From: Phoronis australis
Lineage: Eukaryota; Animalia; Phoronida
Direction of reading: 5' to 3'
Length of the DNA: 64,000 bases
Assembly: GCA_002633005.1 (NCBI GenBank)
Contig: NMRA01000298.1
Coordinates: forward strand, 349,474 to 413,473
How positions within the stretch are numbered: the stretch's first letter is position 1; the number at the start of each line of letters is the position of its first letter. The notes below the pieces were generated by a model, which worked only from the letters and a program-made list of their open reading frames with translations, was not told the origin of the DNA and searched no databases. Positions 11,406 through 22,100 of this stretch are shown here, piece after piece. The position numbers and the translations under genes were made by a program.

Positions 11406-12735
11406 ATGGATAACCAGCGGGAAAGACTGCAAACCACTGCTATCATTTTGGATAGTGTATACCGTCACCCAAATTTAAAGCCACCCGACATTTCACCAAC
11501 GCATATGAGAGAGTTGTTGACCATCTGCACAATCAAAGTACCATTTCGCCATATAAATGGGAAATTGTTTTTGCAAAAAGATGGTGTGAGCATGGGCTCT
11601 CCTCTGGGTCCCACTTTCTCGGAATTTTATATGTCTGAAGTGGAAAAAGGGGCTAGCAATGTGATTGGTGGCATTCCTATCTATGTACGTTATGTAGATG
11701 ATATTTTTGTTTATTGTGCCTTTGATGACTTGTTATCAGTACGTGATGAAGTTGAGCGTCACTCTGTACTGAAGTTTACCCACGAGCTTCCTGTAAATGA
11801 CAAGATTTCGTTTTTGGACGTTCTTGTGAAACATTCCCCATCTAAATTTTCTACATCAGTTTACCACAAGCCTACTGATAAAGGTTTCTGTCTCAACGCC
11901 AAAAGTGAGCGCCCTAAGTGGTATAAAGGTCGCCGTTGTGGTCAAATTCCTAAAGAGGGCGTATTCGGTGTCGTCCAACTGGCTATTGTTCAATCAAGGG
12001 GTAGATCGCATAAGACAAACACTGGTGAATAATGGGTATAAATATGCTTTGTGGATTTCCATATTGAGCGATTTGTGTCTAGAATTAGCTATGAAGTCCC
12101 TGCACGTCGGACCAGTGTCACCAAAAAGATATTTTACAAAAATGTCATATCTAATAAGTAGCCTACCTCCACGACGAACACGCCATTAAGAAAATTATAA
12201 GGGACAATGTTAAAGTTTGTAAGCCTGATAATTACCTCGATGTTTTTATTTATTATCGGAATAGGAAGTCATCCAACTTGGTCATGAAAAATAACATTTC
12301 TAAAGCGAAAGTCCGCCCCGTTGCACAGTGTAGTGTTGTTTATGAGTTTTTATGCCCTATGAACGAATGTCTTGGTTCAAACGTCAAACAATGTTACATT
12401 GGTCAAACGGTTTGCAGTCTTTCCCGTCGTTTATCCATGCATCTTCAAAATGGCGCCATCTAAGATCATTTTCTGCAATGTCACGCATGTAAAATCACCT
12501 GTCAAGAAATTGTGGAAAGTACGTCAATTCGCTACGTGGAGCAAGATGTGCTGCGTTTGAAAGTATTAGAGTCCCTTTTAATTGCTTTTGAGGAGCCTGT
12601 TTTGAATGAGCAGCAAAGAGGGTCGCGCCGCACGTTACACTTGTTTACCCCCCTTCTTTAGTCATTCTTTGCATAACAGAACTTTCGAAGTATTATAATC
12701 ATCTCTATTTTGACTAACTGATGGAAACGTTTTAG
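11406..12735 (+). mobile_element. Penelope-like retroelement (5'-truncated RT + GIY-YIG endonuclease, frameshifted), antisense in an intron
   Basis: RT motifs QKDGVSMGSPLGP, YVRYVDD, LKFTHE, FLDV, TSVYHKPT. GIY-YIG motif VVYEFLCP..C....YIGQT...LSRRL..H. The ORF is split over several frames with stops. Confidence 0.93.
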
Positions 12736-13795
12736 AATACTTCCAAAGTGGTATGTTGCCTAAATCCGGCAAAGCCCGTTTATGACAGAATTGTGGCGAT
12801 GAGTTATTAGGCTTTAAGCTTGGGAAAGATCTAAAGACTTACCAATAAAGCTGCGTTGTCGCTACCGGACCTGTAGTTCTTGTAGTAGTAATGTCTGATG
12901 TTAGCAACCGGAATTTCATCACACTCTTTATATGGCGCTGTGTTTGGTAAGAAGGCATTATTATTGGAAGTTGGTTTAACAAATCCTCATACCTTGGGAG
13001 TATTAAGACATTTCTACATTTAGGCAATTGCACATATAGGTTTGATGGCAATTATAGACAGCCTCCCGTTCAGTAATGCTAGGACCTTGCTAAAAAGCAA
13101 GACTTCGCGAGATTATGTGAGATATTGCCGTGTATTATAAATGAGAACACGTGACTTTGACTAGGTTTTAGCTGGGTCCTAGCGTAGGTCCTAGCGTCTA
13201 CTGAGCGCACGCCAGGTGTCTACTGATACATAAGCATGAGGAAACGAAACAAACACTGTGACTGAACCAATAGCTGCTATTATTGACCACGCCACCTGTT
13301 GAATGTTTAATTCGTCTGCTAGGAAGAGGGTGAGCTCCCATAATCCGCCACACAGACACGCCTACTACTATCCTTGAATAGTGTGACACCATAGTCACTC
13401 GACAGACACATCCACAGGGATCCATTCAGTTTTGAAAAGATTATTCGAATGTGAACGTTGTTCAGGACACGTGTTTCATTTCTAGAGCATGGTGATATCT
13501 CGCGAAAACTGCATACTTGCGTGATCTTGCCAAGCTCACAAAAAACTAGCTTCAGGCTCCTCATCAATTGATAGAATGTTCTGTTAGACTAGCAGGCGTT
13601 TTTACCCATCTCAAGTCGCTCAATCTCTTATAAAGTTACCATTGCAACATGCGCGTCAAACAACCAAAAATGTGTGAAATAAAAAAACATTAAAAGAATA
13701 GACCGGAATCGCAAACATGGAAGTTTGGTTGGGGTTGGCAAGCTTGAAGGACTAGTGCGTGTTGCTTCTACGAGGTAAAGGTATGAAAGACTTAC

Positions 13796-13907
13796 CCACG
13801 CAGACTCCAACGTTGTTAGTGCAGTCTTTCACACAGGCCTGGCCTCCGTCTGCGCAATTGGCGTTCGTGCATTCGGTGCTTGAGTCAGCCTTGTTATTAG
13901 TGTTGTC
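13796..13907 (-). CDS. Cys-rich exon (DNTNNKADSSTECTNANCADGGQACVKDCTNNVGVCV), probable N-terminal module of the CTHRC1/FN2 gene
   Basis: CTCTTTCCAG acceptor, GTAAGT donor, open frame with 5 Cys; same strand as the downstream exons. Confidence 0.6.
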
Positions 13908-14391
13908 CTGGAAAGAGCGATTATATGTCTACGTCTGAAAATTTTATGTATGAAGACCTTCTGTGAACACGTTAATCATGTTTATGACTTCTAAAGAAAA
14001 ATGAACCATTTCCTGAGTGCCGGGTTTTGGGAAAATATTAAGATCTGAGGATTCGTAATTCATTAAAATCTTTCTGTGACATAATATTTTGACTGATGTT
14101 GATATTTTGTATTGAAATGGAAAATAATCAGAATATTGCAGGCTCTACAAGAATGCTAGTGCAAAATGTGTTTACTCAGGGTGATGACACCATTTGTATG
14201 CCAGGCCACACACTGTGCTGTTCTTCAACCGAAACTATTTATGGATACATGTATGTAGGCGAATCTTTGGCAAATGTTTGTCGATTTTGAACTAAAACAT
14301 TTTGTGTGGTAAACGTAAGATAGTTCATGATTAACTTTAAACATGAAAGAGAAAAATGAAATAACCGAATGCTCGGCCACATTCCACTCAC

Positions 14392-14465
14392 AGACAGCAG
14401 TCGGCTTATCGTAAATAAAACGAGAAGCCCAAACGTAGGCACAACCGCTGCAGTAATGTGGCCAT
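14392..14465 (-). CDS. possible signal-peptide exon (..VVPTFGLLVLFTISRLLS)
   Basis: Hydrophobic stretch ending at a GTGAGT donor in phase 0, matching the next exon; the nearest ATG is out of frame. Confidence 0.25.
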
Positions 14466-15059
14466 TCACAGTAGCCCTGGGCTCAGACACTCAAATGAGC
14501 AAAATTATTTACATTATTGTATGATGCAACCTCAGAATTCACGATGTAACATATAAATACAGTCTTAATTCTGTACTTTTGAGGATTGACGAAATTCACA
14601 ATACAGAGCATTTTGTTACAAATCTATCTGTGACTCGTCTGATGCTACTTGACGTCCCTTGGCTAAATCAGTGGTTAACTCGGTTTGCGAATTCTCATGA
14701 CCTCTACTGCATGGGGGCGCCAGCATGCGTGTGACGTCTGATGGACAAAAGGGTCTTGGTCAACATTCACCATTCTGCAGTTGGAAAGACACGAAAATGT
14801 GCCTGATTTCTAAAACGAGATCACACACTTTTTATCTCAGAGACGAAAGAGAGTTCTTCCGCCGTGTAATCCGGGTTGGCCCTCTATACTATTTTATGTT
14901 TTGCACTGCCTGCCAAACGTTATTTGTCCAAAATTTCACTGCTTTATTTCTGCCAAAATTTTTTTGAAAGCGTAGACAAGGGAGTGCAAGCAGACAAGTT
15001 TAAAAAACTTATTGATTACTAGACGATAGATATGATTATTCATCCAGTTCGGTAGTTAT

Positions 15060-15236
15060 GATTTATAATGTTTTTTATACCACAATATTAGCGTCGAATG
15101 GCAAATACAACCCCGTAATAACGAATTTAGTTATCTCCCTAGTGAGATAACATTTTGGCGGGAAACCGAGGCCGCTGTCGAACCCGGCCCTCAAGAGTTT
15201 CGAGTCGCCGATTTTACCACTACACCACTCAGCGGC
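15060..15236 (-). mobile_element. tRNA-derived SINE-like element
   Basis: Minus strand GCCGCTGAGTGGTGTAGTGGTAAAATC...GGGTTCGACAGCGG carries A- and B-box-like motifs without a proper cloverleaf, followed by a body and an AT-rich tail. Confidence 0.55.
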
Positions 15237-15821
15237 TGATGTCATATAACGTAAAAATAGAATACTTAAATGAGCACTCGCAACAATCTTATGTTCGGCA
15301 AAAGGCATTATACTGACGTTTATACGCTATGAAAAATAAGACGCATAATATCCATAAAAACGATGTTTTAATTCAGTGAATTTTTTCTCTCATGTTCTCT
15401 CACTTGTAAATCACCGATCTCCAATTTGAATGCGGTTATCGTGTGGTCGGGATCCTTTGACTTGAGCATTATACTCAGTTACTAGTGGTAGCCTATTTTA
15501 GCAGACGATGTTTTCCCGGTCGAAGCTTAGCGTGACAGAATATGTAGTAAGCTATAATAGTTACTAAACCTTAACTTATAGATGCACTTTATTTCTATTT
15601 TGTTTAAATTATCAATTGGTTTTGAGTAAAAGCATTATTTGACAAAAATATCTCGGCTTTTCTTAAAATGTCACGACCTCCGACCCCGGGCCTCTGACAT
15701 AGAAAGTAGTTACAAAGCAGTGGCGGATCTATGATATCACAAGGGGGGGCCCAACACTTTTTATGTAAACATTTGCTAAAAGCACGTTTGTAGATGCGCA
15801 TAGCACCGAATGGGGGGAGGT

Positions 15822-16156
15822 NNNNNNNNNNNNNNNNNNNNNNNNNNNNNNNNNNNNNNNNNNNNNNNNNNNNNNNNNNNNNNNNNNNNNNNNNNNNNNN
15901 NNNNNNNNNNNNNNNNNNNNNNNNNNNNNNNNNNNNNNNNNNNNNNNNNNNNNNNNNNNNNNNNNNNNNNNNNNNNNNNNNNNNNNNNNNNNNNNNNNNN
16001 NNNNNNNNNNNNNNNNNNNNNNNNNNNNNNNNNNNNNNNNNNNNNNNNNNNNNNNNNNNNNNNNNNNNNNNNNNNNNNNNNNNNNNNNNNNNNNNNNNNN
16101 NNNNNNNNNNNNNNNNNNNNNNNNNNNNNNNNNNNNNNNNNNNNNNNNNNNNNNNN
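15822..16156. other. assembly gap (N run)
   Basis: Run of N, flanked by repeat fragments. Confidence 1.
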
Positions 16157-17929
16157 AAAGCCGAGGCGAGTCGAGAAAGGTAGATCGATTCATTGTAATG
16201 TTTCTCGTTCAGTATGTGGTATAAATCGATTATTACATGTTCTCGTGGATTTTTTAGAATTATCACCCTCGGGCTAAGGCCCTTCTGGCGACAATTCTCC
16301 AAAATCCACTCGGGCTCTAGCTAACGGGGGATGACGACTTCGCCATGTAATAATCTATATGTATCAAACCCATTAGTAATTAATCAGTTGAATGAACATG
16401 AAATGTCGTGTAATTTATCGCATCAGCTATTGCATTACTTCATTTGACATCAACAGATGGACAATTCAAGTTACCGAAAAACACTCAGACATTTTCAGTA
16501 TCAAAACTGTCATTACCTTTTCAAAGACTATTCAATCAATATTTTGACATTTTAACTGCACAACGATGATTATTATTTTCTCGAGCTTTATCTCTAACCT
16601 TATGTGTTTTCCATGTCGGATCTTGTTTCAAACTATTGCCGTCTGGCCTGTTTCACAAAAATGGTTGACGATGACGTCAGAACTTTGGTCTTACACTCCC
16701 TCTTCGCAACTACTGAGCACAGGGTTGGTTATACGATTATTAGCAGTAGCGGCATGGATGTTATTTGTACAGATAATCACAGTACCTGGCATTGATGAGT
16801 ATATTCTCAAACACTTGCAGTTATGCTCAAGTAGTATTAAGTCAAAATACTTTTGTGGGCAGCAGGACACCATGTTTGACTTAAATCTCATGTCGCCTTT
16901 CTTGAAATAAAAATATGGTGTCATTCATGTTTTTTGCGAGTATAACAACAGTTGTCGAGTTTTCAGGGCTCATCGTTCAGCACGGTGAGGTATGCATTGT
17001 AAGCAATTTATAAGGTACCTGAGTTATTATTATTCATGGAGCTCGGTCAAATCATTTTAACAATGGTTTTTGTGTTAACGAATTACCAGCAATCGATTTC
17101 AATTAAGGGTCTGTTCTCCCAACCGATATCTGGAATTGTTTTCAAAATGTTCAATTATTGTATGAAGGCTATTAAAATATTACTTTTTTGATTTCATGAG
17201 AAGAAAATGAAATGATGCATGAAGCAAAAACTTTATCAGATTTTTTGAGATTTCATCTTGAGCTTTATTTTTGCAGAGTTCATCCCGTGAGTATTACAGT
17301 TTCTTGGGAAATCCCGGTATTTCTGTGCATAGACTCGTCGATAAGGTCCTAAATTACTTTAAGACGTGTGCATGTAATAAAAACTAACACCTTTAAACAC
17401 GTATGCCGTACTCAAGATGTTTGCGAAATATGAAAAGAGAGAGTTATTCGCTTTTAGGGTTCACATGTAGAATGCGTAGAAGTTAATTTTACATTGATTT
17501 TCCAAACAAACAGATTGCGCCAAATCAAGTTTGAGGTGATGTTGGTCTCACAAAGAAAAGAGACATCGTTAGTGCTAGAGACCAGGCTAAAATGCGACGG
17601 CTTGCCACAGCAGCACATGTTTTGGGCCATTCATGGATTTAAGAAATGACGGAATGTTCAAATAAGGGCTAAACCAAGTTCAAAGAACACATCGTATTTT
17701 TAAAATTCTTTAATCCACACATGTATGTGCTACTTTTTTAACCAATTTATGTTCGTTATGCGCTCCTCGTTGAGCGATGACATTTTCTGGTAATGTACAT
17801 GTAATAACTAAAATCTGACCAATTTCAATGCGAATAAATAAGCACTAAGTGTTGTTTACAAATCAAAGTACAAATACTAAGGTTTCCATTTTAACGACTT
17901 TTTAGAATTTCACGACGCTGTTCAAAGTT

Positions 17930-18310
17930 TGAGTGATTCGTGATGGTATTATAATGTTTAAATTTCATAAACTAAGAGATGTTGGCTATAGAACTTTCAA
18001 CCATCTCTTTTCCACCTGTGTACAACCCATCGTGGAGTACTGCTATGCAGTCTGGGGAACTTCAGACCTTCGTTGTTTTAACTTTGTACAAAACAGAGCT
18101 ACATGTACGAGGTATTATTTTGGTGTCTATCGCTCAGCTCCTACAATATTGTTGCCATGAGAAGTGACATCGATTGGATTCGTCGCATGAATATGGTGCG
18201 CCGGTGTAAGAGAATATTGGGTTTTAGTTGTGGGAGACTTAGCAGAAAAGTTTTAAATGGTACCATAACCGAAACAATTTAAATTGGTCCTCCGAGATGA
18301 AAGTAATTTT
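17930..18310 (+). mobile_element. non-LTR retrotransposon (LINE) 3' ORF2 fragment
   Basis: LFSTCVQPIVEYCYAVWG...VQNRA..RYYFGV..SAP matches the post-RT region of LINE ORF2 (P.L.Y...VW...VQ.RA.R...G). Confidence 0.7.
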
Positions 18311-18743
18311 CAGTTAAATCGTATATTTGAATCCCCCATGGGCTGGGTGTTCAAGTAACACTGGTCATAGTAATAAATATTTTTTTTTTCTTCTTACATG
18401 ATTCATTTGAAGTTATTTTTAAAAGTTTTCGGGTTTCCGGGGAGTCCTTGTTACGTTTTGCGACAGTTGCGTGAGTACACATAATGCATGAGGTAACTGC
18501 AACATGTACTTACTAGCGCGAATATTTTAGGTGGTAGCTCGCCACTAACATTAGAAATTACGCCAACAATCATATTTAATTTAGTTAAGCTTGGTGTAGT
18601 GCTGAATGAGCGGTATATTTGGGCTTAAGTCCCGATGGAACGATTTTACCTCCAACGTCCTTTGATATACTAAATAACTAAAATCAAGCAGACAGAGCAC
18701 CTTTAGGCGCAAACTGTACAGAAATATTGACAACACACTTGAT

Positions 18744-19124
18744 TTACGTTCCAACCTGATTTGATATGAAGTTGCCAATTCTTATCTTGCTTCCAAGATT
18801 TTCTCCCTCTTTCCCCGCTCTTCCCTGCGACTCCATATCGTGATAACTTTCTTGGGATAAGTAGCATAGTCCTGTATTGTCTTCGTAGTAAGCCGAGGTG
18901 CAAACTGCCTGTCTCCTGCAGTGCAGCGCGCATTCCATTTCGCTTCTCGTGCCATTTCGTTTCGCAAAGTATGACGGTGAAAATGACGCAGTTGTATTTG
19001 TAACCGAACTCGTGAATCCTAGCGAAAGGACAGAACATGTTTGAATTTCTTCTGAAAATTGCGTGTCTGACTGACAAAATTTAACGAGGCTTAAAAAAAC
19101 CGTTGTCCAAACGGACAAAAACAT
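18744..19124 (-). CDS. small secreted PAN/apple-domain protein (about 126 aa from the ATG at 19124)
   Basis: Signal peptide MFLSVWTTVFLSLVKFCQS, then S..ECALHC....VC.SAYY.....LCYL, the PAN/apple Cys spacing; intact ORF. Confidence 0.65.
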   Translation of the reverse strand: MFLSVWTTVFLSLVKFCQSDTQFSEEIQTCSVLSLGFTSSVTNTTASFSPSYFAKRNGTRSEMECALHCRRQAVCTSAYYEDNTGLCYLSQESYHDMESQGRAGKEGENLGSKIRIGNFISNQVGT

Positions 19125-22100
19125 AGTACGTGCGGTTATTTGCAAGGATAAGGTGCAATTGATTGCCTATATGTACTATGGGTTGTTGCTCATTCGTTTT
19201 TAGCAAATCAATGTCAGAAATCCAATAAACGTAATGATCGTTATTCTGCTTCACAATTTAATAGTACCAATCTGGTAAATTATGCACATTGAATATCTAC
19301 ATGTATAGTACTAGACTCTAAATGCAATCGAATTTGATATTCAGAAAACTAGAGGACAGTAATTAATTTACCAATAACACAGGGATTTTTACCACGCTCT
19401 TTCGATACAACAAGCAGTTCAAACGACAATCATAATTTGCATAAAAAATTGAAAGGTAAATATTAATTAACTTTTAAAATTGATGCATTACTGTACAACA
19501 GAAATTAGAGGATAGGTTTTCTTCAGCAGCACAGCTTAGTCACCAGCAACAGTTTGCGAATCGATTAGGACGGGTACGCCACAGTCTGGCTTAAGCTCGC
19601 TGGAGTAACAAAACCCCCAAATGTTAGCGTAGAAGTGGCCTGATGAACTATGTCTGAAATCTTTGAGTTTGTACACTTCACACTCGGCACTCGCTAATTT
19701 CTCAGTTCTTCTAGAACTGAATTCACGCTTGTTTCCATGACTAGATATCAAACGAGCTTCGTTTTGGCCATCCGGACAAATACGCTTTTAATAATTTATC
19801 CTACATCAGGTTGGCTCGAGTGAAATGATCGATCACAATCAAGTATGAATAATATGGGAAGAATTATTTGAATTTATCTCAGACAACACTTCAACGGTTG
19901 TTCAGAGCTATTACATGGTAGCACTTGGTAAAGTGACAAATTCACTGTTCGCTGCAACTGATGCTTAAGCCCTTCATCAAAGTTCCGGTGGATCCGAACT
20001 CCGTTTTGTTGTTGTTAAGGACGCGGTTTGAAACACCTTTTACGGATTGAATTTGCGGTTACGAAAATATCCGCGATGTGCCCGATGATTCGTGCTTTGT
20101 CGATGTTGCTGAAGTATCGTGTGGTTTTCAAGAGAAATTCGACCGGTTAGTTATTTACAATCACGCTGCCGATTGGCCGGGTTCAATCGAAATTAATAGT
20201 TGAGACTCTGTTAGGGATTCAATCGGTTAATTATTCACAGACTGGCAACACCATCAATGTTCAAAACAATTTTAGGTTGAATCTTAAAAAACGATCTGTC
20301 GACTTCACTTCGTCTGAAGATTCTACGCAAGATAAATTGCGTCCCTTATTTGGTATAGCAGAGACATAACACATTAATTTTAGTGTCTTCATGCAGCAGC
20401 CAGTGCGACTTTCCTGAGCGCATGCGCGCATATTAATTATCTGAGACGACGGATTTGAAAACTGCATTGGGATGGAAGAGCTTAAATTTCGTCTTTGTTT
20501 CAAAAATAGGAAACCTGACGATTTTTTATGGAAATTATTGCAAAATTCAAAGTGAATACGTCCCACGCTAGCTTCCCAAAGAAGTGGATGCGCCAAGATC
20601 TTTTTAGAACGTATTTTCTACGAGTTTCCGCGGTGCATTAAGTCAAACCAGTCAAAATATGATCGAATGTCATGCGGTTGACAAACCGAGGAATCTCAAC
20701 ATTTCTCGTGATGCAGTGGGAATGTTCAAATCAACGGCAACCCAACACTCGTTTTCCTTTCAAAACGCTTTTTCTACAGATGTTTAAACTCCTTCAGTGT
20801 GCTTGTGCTTGGACTCTTCGCCTTTTCTCTCACACTCACTCAGGGGCTTTGCTCTTGGCTATTTTCGCGCCGGTGTTGATCAGCTAATGTATACACAAGG
20901 CCGCGTTGGTAATTACTACAGCGCCTAGCAACCAAACATCCAATGCCGAATGGGGTAACATTCTCGGTTACAGTGGATTTCGATTGGAAGCCTTAGTCAC
21001 AAGTAGCCGTTGTATAATAAAACCAGAACAGATTTTTTTATTCTACATCTCTGCCAAAAGCTACATAATTCAAGAGGTCAATTCTCTTTAAAAATAACGC
21101 CCAAAATTTATTTTCACCGTAAAATGGATTAGGTTCAGTTACAAATTAATCCATGTCTATTCTGTAATTGACTACCTTTGTAAAGTCCGTTCACGTTTCA
21201 TCGAATAAAGCCACATGTTCCTATATTTTCTTCATCCAAGATAAGTACACAATTTATTCTAAAAATGCCCCGTAATTGCTTATATTCACGTGACTGCCAT
21301 TTTGACAGTATTGTTTTTGTAGTTGACATTGTTTTGATGGGCAGCTTTTCGTAGTCCTGTGTTATCTGAAAACAACGCATATTTTTTTAAATAGTAAGAT
21401 TCGGAATTACGCCGCCTTTTATGCTCTCGTTCCCATGATATCTTCGATTTGCCAATGACGAAGGGCACTGTCCTATAATTATACCTGAACTAACAGATAT
21501 ATATACTTTTAATTTGAACATTAACGATGCTCTTGCAAAAACTGAGGGCCAAATAAATTTCCAAGGTCGTATGTACAGTAGGCCTACGCGTGATTGATCA
21601 ATACGGAATTCTGGAACTAAAGTTGATGAACCCTTTCACTACATCCGTTATTAATGAACAGTTTTCTCGTTTGCTTAAAAAACAAACGTGTCTTGGAGCA
21701 AGTGTTTGAGGTTGTGAAAATAAATATTGGTTTACCGTTTTCAAGGTGGTCAGGCAGCTGCATTGGAGTTTCAAGTATTTATTGAGTGGTCTACATTTAT
21801 CAGTGCGATTATTTTCTAAAATACGTTTTCAAAAACAACAAAATGACTGCTGCTGACGATTTCCAAAACATCTAGGCTGCAGATGGTTATAAAGTTACCA
21901 CTGCGACCACTTTGGAGGGGGGTAGCAATTTCTTTTTTGAAGTTTTTGATACCACAAACTATTGTTTTTCATAAATGTAAACATTTTCCATGTCATTAAT
22001 TCTACTGTATATGATGCGATAAAGGCTCAGTTCTTTCAAAGCGTTTTACCTATGTGCATAACACAAATCCAATATTTATTTCCCTTGATAAACCGTCAGC

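Noticed and set aside
15165-15236. Functional tRNA gene
   Set aside because: A/B boxes are present but the stems do not pair properly and there is no T-run terminator; SINE head instead.
15604-16302. Long ORFs spanning 15.6-16.3 kb
   Set aside because: Artefacts of the N gap.
16566-16924. Cys-containing ORFs on both strands
   Set aside because: No recognisable domain, in-frame stops nearby and no convincing splice context.
20415-20432. GCGCATGCGC (NRF1-type) promoter motif
   Set aside because: Single motif with no linked gene start.
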